From Rhodothermales bacterium (lineage in GTDB: Bacteria > Bacteroidota > Rhodothermia > Rhodothermales > DASSAV01), in assembly GCA_035699265.1 (NCBI GenBank), contig DASSAV010000055.1:1-49822 (forward strand): a DNA stretch of 49,822 bases. Direction: 5' to 3'. Shown piece by piece: positions 1-10,100 of the stretch. A program made the position numbers and the translations under genes. A model generated the notes under the pieces. The model did no database searches and was not told the DNA's origin. It saw only the letters and a program-made list of their open reading frames with translations. How positions within the stretch are numbered: the first letter of the stretch is position 1; each line of letters opens with the position of its first letter.

Positions 1-1305
1 CGGATATCCGGCTTTCTGTAGGATGAGCGAGGGGGAATCAATGGACGCCTCCTGGGTGTCGTAGCTCGCCCGCTCCTGGCCCAAACGCCCAACATACTGT
101 TCCGCTTCTCGCGCAAAATCGTCCCAGCGCTCCTCAGCGGCAAGCTCTGCGAAATACTCCCTGCCATGCGAGACGGTGGTATCCCCATCGATGCCTGTCA
201 ACAGCACGCGGGCGCCGGTTTGTTTCGCCGTTTTGAACAACTGCCACCTCCGATACGTCCCGCCCACTCCCATGCGCCCGTCGTCCAGGTAGTCGTACAT
301 GTCCCGGGCGGTACTCAGCGGCCCATATTGATCCGACCGGATGAAATGCGGCTCTAGACCCCCGAGGGCCAGCATTTGACGTATGTAGTATCGCTCGTCA
401 CTACCTGCTACGTCGTCGTACACGTTCGAGTACGTCTTGAGATCAGGGCCGCCCTCTCGTTCTACAATACTTCGAGCCACTCCCGTGACGAACGAGGAGT
501 CAAGCCCGCCGCTTAATTCAATTCCAACCGGGTAGGCGCTTCGAATGCGGCAACGGACCGCTTCGGTAAATAATTCCAGGAACCGCTCTGTGCACGCTTC
601 CCGGTTTAGCTGTGTTGCCTCCTCGGACGGTTCGATGGTCCAGTATCGCCACAGCTTGATACCCGCCGGTTCGATGCTCATGGCATGGGCAGGAGGCAGC
701 TTCGAGACACCTTTGAAGACCGTCGAGTCAGGGGGGCGGCGCATCCATGCGAGTGATTCACCGAGACGAACCTCATCGATTTCTAGCACCACCTCATCGG
801 TAGCGGCGAGAGCCTTGATCTCGGAGCCGCAGGCGAAAAACCGATTCGGCCGATGGGTATAATAGAGCTGGCCCGCACCAAGCTGATCCACGGCGCAAAA
901 CAAGCGCCGGGCGCGCGCATCCCACACGACGAAAGCGAAGTCGCCGACCAGGTGACTCACGACAGCCTCCCCCCACCGCTCGTACCCGGCGAGTAGCAAT
1001 TGGCTGTCGGCGCAGTCCTGCCCGAGCACACTCCTCCCCAGAGCGGCCAGTAGTTCTTCCCTATTATCTATGCGAGCATCGGCTGTTATGACGATGTTGC
1101 CGGCACAGTTCGCAGCGGGAAGATGCTCAGAGAGCGATTCCGGCGTCGTGTAGAGCATACAGTGCGCGAGCCCGATCTGCCCATCGGACCATACGGCCTG
1201 CGCGTCGGGACCCCGGTGGCCAGCCATGCTGTCCACCATATGCTCCATGAGGCCCGGGCCTACCTGCCGCCCGTCGAAGTAATATAAGCCCGCGATTCCA
1301 GACAC
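1..1305 (-). CDS. Asparagine-synthetase-superfamily enzyme with its C-terminus cut by the window edge. The N-terminus lacks Cys2 and resembles lasso-peptide isopeptide cyclases (McjC type).
   Basis: This is my own minus-strand translation from the GTG at 1305. The ORF is absent from the track because it runs off the edge. It reads VSGIAGLYYFDGRQV..HRGPDAQAVWSDGQIGLAHCMLYTTPESLSEHLP..ITADARIDNREEL..GDFAFVVWDARARRLFCAVDQLG..KGVSKLPPAH..ELSGGLDSS (PP-loop SGGxDS). An in-frame stop at 1318-1320 excludes a longer N-terminus. Ser occupies the place of the Cys2 nucleophile. Confidence 0.8.
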   Translation of the reverse strand, partial: MSGIAGLYYFDGRQVGPGLMEHMVDSMAGHRGPDAQAVWSDGQIGLAHCMLYTTPESLSEHLPAANCAGNIVITADARIDNREELLAALGRSVLGQDCADSQLLLAGYERWGEAVVSHLVGDFAFVVWDARARRLFCAVDQLGAGQLYYTHRPNRFFACGSEIKALAATDEVVLEIDEVRLGESLAWMRRPPDSTVFKGVSKLPPAHAMSIEPAGIKLWRYWTIEPSEEATQLNREACTERFLELFTEAVRCRIRSAYPVGIELSGGLDSSFVTGVARSIVEREGGPDLKTYSNVYDDVAGSDERYYIRQMLALGGLEPHFIRSDQYGPLSTARDMYDYLDDGRMGVGGTYRRWQLFKTAKQTGARVLLTGIDGDTTVSHGREYFAELAAEERWDDFAREAEQYVGRLGQERASYDTQEASIDSPSLILQKAGYP

Positions 1306-1399
1306 CTCATCCTCGGTCTACTGGGTAGATCCAACAACCCTTCTCCAACGCTGTCTGTACAAAATTTTGAGAGCCTCCTGTCGGTACTGATCGGGCTTG

Positions 1400-2326
1400 T
1401 CAGGTCGCGTATTCTGCGGTGCGATCACGCCACTTTTGAACGAAGCCTGCAATCGTATTTTCGTCGTAGAAGTGACGCACGTACTTCGTGGAATAGATAC
1501 GTTCGCAGACTTCAGATGGAATGCGAATGTTATCTTTCACAAACGTATAGGCCTGGCGGTGTTTCTTGTGGGTCCCGACATTCGATTCTTTCACCTCAAT
1601 CGGCTGATCTATAGCCAGAAACTCGCGCAGCGCTCCGGAAAGAGTTCTTCGGAGATCCTCCTGCCGAAGAATCAGTACGTGCAGCCTGCCATGTTCCAGA
1701 ATGGTGTACCCCTTCCTGCAGTTGAAGGGTACCTGATATATGTCTACATCAAAAAACTTCTTAAACTCGATATCAAACCAGTTGCTGGCCAGGTCACGCT
1801 TCTCGTCGAACCTCGCGAACATGCTCTGAAGATACCGTAGGGTGTCCTGTTCTCGTGCTCTCCCATCCTCGTCCAGGAGATCCGGACAAAAGTAGTGGAT
1901 ATTCTGAAAGAAGGATGACAGGGTCCAACTGACGGGTTCTCGTACACCCGTGATGATATAAAGTGGCGCATCCGCTTGCCGCAGGAGCTTACTGCGGAGC
2001 AAATGTCCCGTCTGAATATGTTGCAGGGTCTTGGGCTCCAGGATCTTCTTCTGCCTGGCTAACACAAATCGCTGCTCGTCCCACTCTAAGTTGCCGGGTG
2101 ATAAGTAATGGATATGATAGACGGGGTTCAGCAGTTTGGCCGTTTGGAGCGACCGGTAAATTGTTGTCGAGCCGACTTTGCCCATCTGGTACACGAGGAT
2201 CGGCGGATGCTTCGAAAAGTCCTGTAGACCTATCCTGATCTTCTCGATCAAACGGTTGGACGTCACTTTCCTCAAACGCCTCCTGGCACCTCGAATGGTT
2301 CTGGTGACGACAGGTATCCTATCCAT
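1400..2326 (-). CDS. Sulfotransferase-like protein (paralogue A of a tandem pair)
   Basis: P-loop-like YQMGKVGSTT and downstream GVREPVSWTLSSF (an R-x-P...S 3'-PB-like motif). It aligns end to end with the next ORF starting from MDRIPVVTRT, which supports the ATG at 2326. The track ORF extends to a GTG at 2386. Confidence 0.6.
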   Translation of the reverse strand: MDRIPVVTRTIRGARRRLRKVTSNRLIEKIRIGLQDFSKHPPILVYQMGKVGSTTIYRSLQTAKLLNPVYHIHYLSPGNLEWDEQRFVLARQKKILEPKTLQHIQTGHLLRSKLLRQADAPLYIITGVREPVSWTLSSFFQNIHYFCPDLLDEDGRAREQDTLRYLQSMFARFDEKRDLASNWFDIEFKKFFDVDIYQVPFNCRKGYTILEHGRLHVLILRQEDLRRTLSGALREFLAIDQPIEVKESNVGTHKKHRQAYTFVKDNIRIPSEVCERIYSTKYVRHFYDENTIAGFVQKWRDRTAEYAT

Positions 2327-2401
2327 TGTGCATCGTCGTTTCGTTTCCAACCATGCAGCCTGCACACAGACGCCTCCTACGAACACGATTGGTCTGTTTT
2401 G

Positions 2402-3355
2402 CTAGACCGCTACCTCTACGGCACGATCCCGCCATTTTCCAACGAAGCCTGCGATTTCCTCGTCGTCGTAGAAATGACGCACGTACTTCGTGGAATAGAG
2501 TCGCTCACAAATCTCGGGAGAAATGCTGAGGTGGTTCTTTACAAACGAATAGGCATGTCCGTGCATCCTTTTGCTCCCAACGTTCGCTTCTTTGATCTCT
2601 ATTGGCTGGTCCGTGGGCAAGAACCCTCGGAGCACGCCAGGAAGGGTCTTTCGGAGATCCTCCTGCCGCAAAATCAGCACGTGTTGCCTGCCAGATTCAA
2701 GAATAGAGTAGCCTTTCTCTCGGTCAAAAGGCTTCTGGTATACGTCAATGCCCAGGGTATCCTTAAACTCGACGTCAAACCACTTGCTTGCCAGTTCAAC
2801 GTCGAACCAATCGGTGGCCGGATTGCGCTTATCGCCGAGCCTCGCAAACATCCCTTGCAAATACTCGAGAGTTTCCTGTTCCCGCGCCGTACCATCCTCA
2901 TCGAGTAGCTCGGGGCAGAAATAATGGACGTGTTGAAAGAATCTCGACAGCGCCCAACTAACAGGTTCTCGCACACCTGTTACGATGTAGAGCGGTACGT
3001 CGGGCTTACGCCGAAGCTTCTCATGGAGCAGCCGCCCGGTATGGAGGTGATGTAAAGCCTTAGGATCCACGGCGGTCTCCTTCCTGACCACGGCAAAACG
3101 CTGAATTTCCTGCTCCAGGTGAATCGGAGACAAAAAGTGGACGTGGTAGACAGGATTCCTCAAACGGGCCCTTTGAAGCGCCTCGTATATCGACATTGAG
3201 CCAACCTTGCCCATCTGATATACAAGGATCGGCGGGCGCTTCACAAAATCCTGTAGGTACATCTGGATTTGCTCGACCAGTTGATCGGGCACTATTTCCT
3301 TTAGCCGTTTTCCGGCGCGCCGAACGGTCCGCGAGATGACAGGTACGTTGTTCAT
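2402..3355 (-). CDS. Sulfotransferase-like protein (paralogue B of a tandem pair)
   Basis: YQMGKVGSMS and GVREPVSWALSRF. Homology to the paralogue begins at MNNVPVISRT (ATG at 3355). The track ORF extends to a TTG at 3520 with a hydrophobic stretch, so the start is uncertain. Confidence 0.6.
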   Translation of the reverse strand: MNNVPVISRTVRRAGKRLKEIVPDQLVEQIQMYLQDFVKRPPILVYQMGKVGSMSIYEALQRARLRNPVYHVHFLSPIHLEQEIQRFAVVRKETAVDPKALHHLHTGRLLHEKLRRKPDVPLYIVTGVREPVSWALSRFFQHVHYFCPELLDEDGTAREQETLEYLQGMFARLGDKRNPATDWFDVELASKWFDVEFKDTLGIDVYQKPFDREKGYSILESGRQHVLILRQEDLRKTLPGVLRGFLPTDQPIEIKEANVGSKRMHGHAYSFVKNHLSISPEICERLYSTKYVRHFYDDEEIAGFVGKWRDRAVEVAV

Positions 3356-3630
3356 GGGCGCCGTCTTTTCGTTTACCTCTGCGCAGGAACGCATAGAACC
3401 CTGCTTCAAACAGGCACATTCCATTGTGTCCACCCACCCGCAAAATAACCCAAAGCAGAACGCGAGAATGTTAGCATGTTGTATCGTCAGCCGTGCAGAA
3501 AGGCGCACGCTCGTCCCCAATTGTAACGCTAACCGTCGTCACAGCTTGATTCGAATGGAGGACGGCACGCGCTTTGGATGCACTCCTCTTCGCGTTTCAG
3601 GTCGCAACCGCTATGTGTCTTCGTCCGCCC

Positions 3631-4674
3631 TCAAGCGTTCTGGGGCACCAGCTTGCCCATGCGCTGCCGCAGCTTGTTCCGATGCGGCCTCGATCTGGTT
3701 TTCGCAGTTAACCAGAGTCGTCCCAGTCTCCACTTCATCAGCCAAACTGCGCTCGCGAAAGATCCGCGCCACCCGCTCACTCGCAGATAGTACACCCAGC
3801 GCAGCTCGGCTGCACCAACCCGATCTCTACCGTCAGTGACCCTGAGGTGCCACGGCTTCGAGGCTCCGCAGAAATGAAAAATATGTGGCTGGGTCAGGAT
3901 CTCTTCTCGCATCGACCCCAACTCCTCTCGGAATGCGGCATCTCTTCCGGTTCTCTTGGAAGTATCGAGGCGCCAGAGTCTGGGCGAGACGTTCCACCTC
4001 TCTTCGAGCATCCCCCATCGCTCTGCCAGTACCACGTTGAGCCCATCCTGGTCGGCAAACTGGAGATCCTCGCGGAACGCGTTCACGTACTGGACCACCT
4101 TCTCACGCACGCACTCCTCGCGCCAGCGCTTCAGGTTCATCACCAGCACTCCAGAATTCAGGTACGGCTGGTCGGCTGAGAGCCCGAGGTCAGCATACTG
4201 GCGAATGCCATACCTGGAAGAAACGTACGGCACACCAAAGTCCCGCACAGCCAGTACGGCCTGGTCCCCCATTTCTTCTTCCCACAATTGAGCGAGGTCT
4301 GCCTCTACGATCAGATCACAATCCAGGTAAATCGCTTTGTTCAACCCTTCCGGCACGACGTCCGGAATCAAAAGACGGAGATAAGCGGCTGGGCTGATCC
4401 ACTTGCAACCCTCGAGGCCGGAGAGAACCGAGGCATCCGGCCTGACCCATTCGATTTGCAAAGCGACGCGCTCGGATCGGCACACATGGTACAACCGTGC
4501 CCGGTTTCGCTCACTGATTCCGCCGTCCAGAACGTAAAGGCGGATCTCGCTACCGCTGCGAACATGAGCCAGTGCAGAGTACAGTGTCACCGCTAGCGGC
4601 ATCGCGTACGTATCGTCCGCTGCGCACACAAGGACAATCGGACCATGTTGTCTTGCTCCGTTCTCCCCGCTCAT
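3631..4674 (-). CDS. GT8-family glycosyltransferase (LPS/EPS galactosyl- or glucosyltransferase-like)
   Basis: IVLVCAADDTYAMPLAVTLYS, AIYLDCDLIVEADLAQLW (DxD), YLNSGVLVMNLKRWRE. It ends in a basic amphipathic C-terminal tail. Confidence 0.75.
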   Translation of the reverse strand: MSGENGARQHGPIVLVCAADDTYAMPLAVTLYSALAHVRSGSEIRLYVLDGGISERNRARLYHVCRSERVALQIEWVRPDASVLSGLEGCKWISPAAYLRLLIPDVVPEGLNKAIYLDCDLIVEADLAQLWEEEMGDQAVLAVRDFGVPYVSSRYGIRQYADLGLSADQPYLNSGVLVMNLKRWREECVREKVVQYVNAFREDLQFADQDGLNVVLAERWGMLEERWNVSPRLWRLDTSKRTGRDAAFREELGSMREEILTQPHIFHFCGASKPWHLRVTDGRDRVGAAELRWVYYLRVSGWRGSFASAVWLMKWRLGRLWLTAKTRSRPHRNKLRQRMGKLVPQNA

Positions 4675-4909
4675 ACAGTCCTCGTCAAATGTACAAATGC
4701 ACTTCGCTCATCCAGTTTACGCCGTCCTGGCCGACTGCTATGATGCTGGTCTAATTAAAGTGAATTTACCGGAGACTTTATGTTCGATGCTTGTTACATC
4801 TTTTATCCCGTCATCAGTTCGTTACAAAACGATACTGATTTGTATGCTAAAATAGCCGGGGAATAAAAACACGCAGCAATGTGATTCCGACCGAAAGCGC
4901 CCGCATTGT
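4675..4909. promoter_or_regulatory. AT-rich divergent intergenic region, probably holding promoters for the 4674<- and 4910-> units
   Basis: Visibly A/T-rich 235 bp between divergent start codons. TAAAAT lies at 4848-4853 on the plus strand. I could not define a confident -35/-10 pair. Confidence 0.3.
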
Positions 4910-6001
4910 ATGAACCAACTCCACGTGACTTTCTTCTATCCGGATCACGAGGATCTCGTGCGGTTTCGCACCTTCGATTTGAATAGCAGCGAGCCCTGGC
5001 TTGGTGCCAAGAGCCGCCGCCGCGCATGGGTAGTGCAGACGTATCTACGTCTCCGGCGAGCAGGATACGATGTTTCCATCTCCGCTGACATTCCGAACCA
5101 CGGGATTCTGGTCGTCCTGGCCGAAGGCGACTTCAAGCAAGCATTTGTCAGACAATTCAGACGGCCGAACCGGCAGCTTTTCGTGCTGAGCATACGTGCC
5201 GACGTAGAAGGTTTCCGGACCCCCTTTGCAGATGCGGAAATCGTTCAGAACGGCAGGTTTGCCGATGACCAGCGCGTCTTCTTCATTCCTCACTGGCCCC
5301 AGCCCTGCCTTATTCCGCGCGATGCCGCACGCGGTGACACTATCCGCACCATTTCATTCAAAGGGCGTCCGGGCAGCCTGCGCCAGGAGTTCCACTCTGA
5401 ACGTTTCGTGCGTTTTCTAAACGAGAACGACCTGGTGCTCGATGAGGCAGTACCCAGAGACGGAGTGCAACCGGCTTGGCATAATTACTCCACAACGGAC
5501 CTGGTACTGGCCGTACGCCCCGACTGGAGCAGCAGCAAGCTCCGGTGTGAGAAGCCTGCCTCAAAGTTGGTCAACGCCTGGCATGCAGGCGCCCCTGCCC
5601 TGGTCGGACCCGAATACGCCTTCCGTGAGCTGCGTCGGTCCAGCCTGGACTTTATTGAAGTGGACTCGGTAGACGAAACAATGGCTGCGATTTCGAAGCT
5701 GACAAGCCAGCCCCGGCTCTACACAGCCATGGTCGAGAATGGACGTATTCGGGCTCGCGAGTTTACACCTGCACGGATCACAGCACAATGGGCCGAGGTC
5801 CTTTTCGAGAGACTTCCGGAGATTGCATCCCAGAGAGGCTTTAAGTTATCGAGGACCATCCCGCTGTATGCGCGGAGCGTGTTAAACGTTCTGATGATGC
5901 CTCCTACAACTCTGGAACTGCGAAAGCAGGCAGGCCAACTGCTACGTCAAACGACAAAACGAATACGATCCCGCAGGATACCGAGAAATATGCCCGCCTG
6001 A
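4910..6001 (+). CDS. Hypothetical protein, possibly a GT-B-like glycosyltransferase C-terminal domain
   Basis: 363-aa ORF with coding-like composition. KPASKLVNAWHAGAPALVGPEYAFREL resembles the acceptor/UDP-binding helix region of GT1-type enzymes, but I saw no canonical ExxxxxxxE motif. Confidence 0.4.
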   Translation: MNQLHVTFFYPDHEDLVRFRTFDLNSSEPWLGAKSRRRAWVVQTYLRLRRAGYDVSISADIPNHGILVVLAEGDFKQAFVRQFRRPNRQLFVLSIRADVEGFRTPFADAEIVQNGRFADDQRVFFIPHWPQPCLIPRDAARGDTIRTISFKGRPGSLRQEFHSERFVRFLNENDLVLDEAVPRDGVQPAWHNYSTTDLVLAVRPDWSSSKLRCEKPASKLVNAWHAGAPALVGPEYAFRELRRSSLDFIEVDSVDETMAAISKLTSQPRLYTAMVENGRIRAREFTPARITAQWAEVLFERLPEIASQRGFKLSRTIPLYARSVLNVLMMPPTTLELRKQAGQLLRQTTKRIRSRRIPRNMPA

Positions 6002-6060
6002 TCGTGCATCCGTTCCCAACGGCGTGATCAAGAGAGTGGAACCCCGGAGAGGATTTGCGC

Positions 6061-7098
6061 ATGCCGACGCCCATCTCGCTCATTCTATGTACCCATAACC
6101 GCGCCGAGGACTTACGGCAGACACTGGCTTCGATAGCTGGGCTCGAAATCCCCGAGGATCTGTCCGTTGAACTCATCCTGGTTAACAACGGATCGGATGA
6201 TCATACCCTCGAGGTGATGCAAGCGTTCAGCATGCCCTGCATGTCTGTCCGAATCGTACAGGAACCCCGCCCCGGTAAAGCGAGGGCATGCAACGCAGGT
6301 ATCCGCGCCTCAAGCGGAAGAATCCTCCTCTTCACTGACGATGACGTGCGGGTTCCCCGCCAATGGATTTCATCCATGTGCGAACCGATCCTGAAAGGCA
6401 CTGCAGATGCCGTCGCGGGCGAGGTCATCCTGGCGCATCACCTGGTGAAACCCTGGATGCGGATGCCGAGAGCGACTGCCCCACCAGGCATAACGAAAGC
6501 GCTGTCGAAAGATCACCCCCAACGTCTGGTCGGAGCTAGCATGTCATTCGCCAGGCACGTGCTGGAGACGGTTCCATCCTTTGATACCGAACTCGGACCC
6601 GGCGCCCTGGGCTTTGAAGAGGAGACGCTTTTTTCTCTTCAACTGCTACAGGCCGGCTTTACGATCACGTCGGCGTTTGATTCACCCGTTGAGCATCATC
6701 TCGACGCTACGCGCCTGTCCCGTGCGACCTTTCTCAGCATAGCAGAAAACCTGGGGCGGTCGACAGGCTACATCGACTACCACTGGCGCCATTTACATAA
6801 GGGCACGTGGAGGGAAAGCAGCCTGCGTCTCTGCCTCTCGCTGGCCAAAGGGTACTTTTTGCTGCTGTTCGCCCATGTGGCAAGCCGGATCGAGTGGAGA
6901 TACTTGTTCCCGCAGGGGGTTGACTGCCGGGAAACGCTGGCTTTGCGTCGATTGTATGCAATCAAGCAAGTTATGCGTGAGCGGAAACGGCCACACAACT
7001 ACGACCAGTATGGACTGGTCCATAGGTTCCACCCCGGTGCATTGGAGACCCCTTCATATACGTTGGAGAAACGCCTGCACACGCTTGCCAGCCGTTAG
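6061..7098 (+). CDS. GT2-family glycosyltransferase
   Basis: ISLILCTHNRAEDLRQTLASI, ELILVNNGSDDHT, LLFTDDDVRVPRQW (DxD). The ATG is at 6061 and the track starts at a TTG at 6055. Confidence 0.8.
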   Translation: MPTPISLILCTHNRAEDLRQTLASIAGLEIPEDLSVELILVNNGSDDHTLEVMQAFSMPCMSVRIVQEPRPGKARACNAGIRASSGRILLFTDDDVRVPRQWISSMCEPILKGTADAVAGEVILAHHLVKPWMRMPRATAPPGITKALSKDHPQRLVGASMSFARHVLETVPSFDTELGPGALGFEEETLFSLQLLQAGFTITSAFDSPVEHHLDATRLSRATFLSIAENLGRSTGYIDYHWRHLHKGTWRESSLRLCLSLAKGYFLLLFAHVASRIEWRYLFPQGVDCRETLALRRLYAIKQVMRERKRPHNYDQYGLVHRFHPGALETPSYTLEKRLHTLASR

Positions 7099-7142
7099 GC
7101 ATACTATGAAATACTAACAGCGGCGGGTCTCTATCTTCGCTG

Positions 7143-10100
7143 TCAGCCATTGACGTCCACGCGAACTGCCCCACCAGCATTGCCCTGAGCGACACGCCGT
7201 TTAGCTGCAATGGCAGAGGTATATGACTCATTCGCCGGATAGATCAGAGTACAGGGTCGCTCGACGAATATTTTGTATCCCTGGCCCGGATACATCATCC
7301 CGATGCCGTTGATGTTAGAGGCGGGATAGTACACGTCCCCTTCAGAATTGGTAGCCAGGACAAGTGCCGAAGAAATGCTACTCAAGGCTTCTTCAATGTC
7401 CATGTCCCAGCTACGAAGGTAAGGAACCCAATTCCAACCCTTTTGAAGCGACACCGACATCTGCTGAGAGGCAAGAGCTTTACCAGGAATCGACAACGTG
7501 AGTTCACGCTTTGCATACACCATGTATGCTTTTCCTGGGCTCCAGAATTCTAACTGTGCAATCCCCTGCTCAGGGCTGAAGACGCGCCCATCGGCATCTT
7601 TGACGATGACGATGTCGGCGAGCACGGGGCTGAGTATGGCCCGGATGCTGGTGTCTGCCGGCACAGTAGATAGCGAAACGACGTTCCATCCTGGAGTGAG
7701 TGTCAGATGGCTGACGGAAACCCCTTTCGGGAGCACGTCGAAGCTCCGCAATTCGCTCGAAATCGTGTTTCCCTGACGGTCGGTGAACTTGATCGAACAT
7801 CGATAGCTCAATGCCACCTGTGGCGTCCAGGTGCAGCTAAATGGCACCGTTTCATCCTCACACAGCTTGTTGCCGTCGGCCCATCCTTCCATTCTGACGA
7901 TGGATCCGTCATCCGTAGTCGTGCCGGAGAACGTTATCGCCTCACCTAGACTGTATGCGGCGTGGTTTATGGGACTGGCGAACGCTTTGACCCGTATTGT
8001 ACCTCCGGCACCCGAGTCATCCGAATGGTCGACGAGGGAGTTCCAGTCTCCCTTAGGCCACATCATCGCCCCCCAGGCCGCCATGGAGTCCAGCGTGGAC
8101 TTCGTCACCCCCAGTCCGTCCAGGGCGGGTATCACCCGGTAGAGGTAGTCGGCATAGTAAGCCCCGGGCCACCATTTGCCGCCCGTGTAGGGCGTAGGCT
8201 GATATGAAGCACTCGTAACCCCACTCATCGAGCCATCCTCGCGGTAGGTCCAATCACTCGGAGGATGCCGCATGGTCTTTTTGATCCACGTCTGCATTAC
8301 GGGCGTGAGCACACGGCCTTCCAGGGGATAACCCAGTGATTGAAGCGGCCGGTGCTTGGACGGTGCGTCGCCGAAGAACCACGTCGGCGTTATGTGCCGC
8401 CAGTACCATCCTTTCAAGTCACCGTCATCCACTCCGTTCTCGTTGTTGTCCTGTTGTAATAGCTTCACGTAGCTAGCCAGGTAGCGATATGGCTCCTCCT
8501 TCGACCATGGCCCGTGCAGGAACTTGAACTGGTACTTCCAATCAACCGGGCGAAGGGAGATGCCTGCCCGGTTACCTGCATTTAGAATCAACTGAAGCTG
8601 ATACCAACTCGTCGTGAAGTATGTCCACTGAAGGGCGCTTCCGTGTGGCCAGGTACGGCTCAGCATCCCGGTCGCCAGGATATGAGGCGCCACGTCGAAT
8701 ACGGATCGGTACTCCCCAACCCAACTCCGCTTCTCGCCGTATTTGTACATTAAGGGAGCCATATCCTCCAGGCCATAGGAAGTCATGATCTCCCATTGCT
8801 TTACCACAAACCACTGGCCGAGCCCCAGTGTATGATCCGCGATGGCTTTATCTTCGGCAATAGATCTGCCGTAACCCCCAAAGTAGTCGTCCTGCCCCGT
8901 CGTTTGACGGAATTTGAGAAAGCTGCTCCCCCACTCTTCAATGGCTTTCAGCGCGCTCCCGTCATGCTTGGCCTGCTCTGCGCGGCCGTCGATGGTGCGG
9001 AGTAGATTTTTGTAGGAGGAAATAACGTCGCTTGATGTAAAGTCAGTTCTCCATACGTCCTTGGGATGCTCACGGGGGAGCCATTCGTTCCAGTCCGGCA
9101 GTTCAATTGAGATAGGGAGTTGACGCAAGTTGAGTGTACTGTCTACATCGACGGCGCTCTGCGTGATGCCGTTCGGGAACAAGTAGGGGAACATCTCTTC
9201 GTCATTCTCGAGCACCCAGCCCAGACCTGCACCGGCCGCCCAGCAATGCTGCGGCAAGTCATCAAGTGGTCTCCCCTGAATGCAATCCCCCATGGTAGGA
9301 ATTTTGCGGGTTGGACCAGGTTGGTAGGGGGGGTCCCAGGGAGTACCCACGGCAGGAAAGTCCAACGAGCGAATGTATGCCGCTACCTGGTTCGCCTGCG
9401 TAGCAGACAGGCCGTGAAATTCGCTCCGTGCGACGATAGCCTCATTGGAGAAGTTGTAGAACTTGAGATCACGTCCATTGCTGGCATGACAATCTGAACA
9501 CGACGCTCGAATGGCCGGTCCGCCAGGAAACTCTACCAGCGGTGCCGTCTCGTATACCCTTTTTCCCTCACTGATCTGTCCTGCGGAGCCGTAGCCGGCC
9601 GGAGCCGTCCACCGCGAGAAGTCTTCGTAGACCAGGTTATCCGTCACACGCCCTGCCCCGGCGGCGTCGATAGCAGCTTCCGTCAGATCGCCCGCGTAGC
9701 CTCCAGGCAAGAAATTGAAGTTGAGAACACGAAAACCACTGCTAAAACCTTCTGTCCCGTTGAAATAGAAGTCGATCTTGTTCGCACCGTTCCTCACACC
9801 GGCGGCGCGTATGGTAAAACGTACCGTTTCAAATCCCCCGCCGATGCCCTCCAGTTGGACTTCGTTCCTGGCGCAGATAGCTGTCTTGTTATCCACTTTT
9901 ACCCACTCCCCACCATTCACACGCACCCACATCTTGGGACTGCCTGCGGGCGATGACTTGTCCCCATATCTCAAGCCTTCACTCGCCCGGCTCCCGTCTC
10001 CATACTTGTAAGAAGGTTCGTGAACCTGCAGCCAGAGACGGTCGACCTTGCCGTCGCTATTGTCAACGTTCACCGTAATGGACTGGGTCGCAGTTCCTGT

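Noticed and set aside
3356-3630. Possible lasso-peptide precursor ORF upstream of the sulfotransferase pair, e.g. the 23-codon MLTFSRSALGYFAGGWTQWNVPV on the minus strand.
   Set aside because: It has no Asp/Glu at core positions 7-9 for macrolactam formation and no leader-like Thr at position -2. The region may simply be the N-terminal extension of the 2402-3520 ORF.
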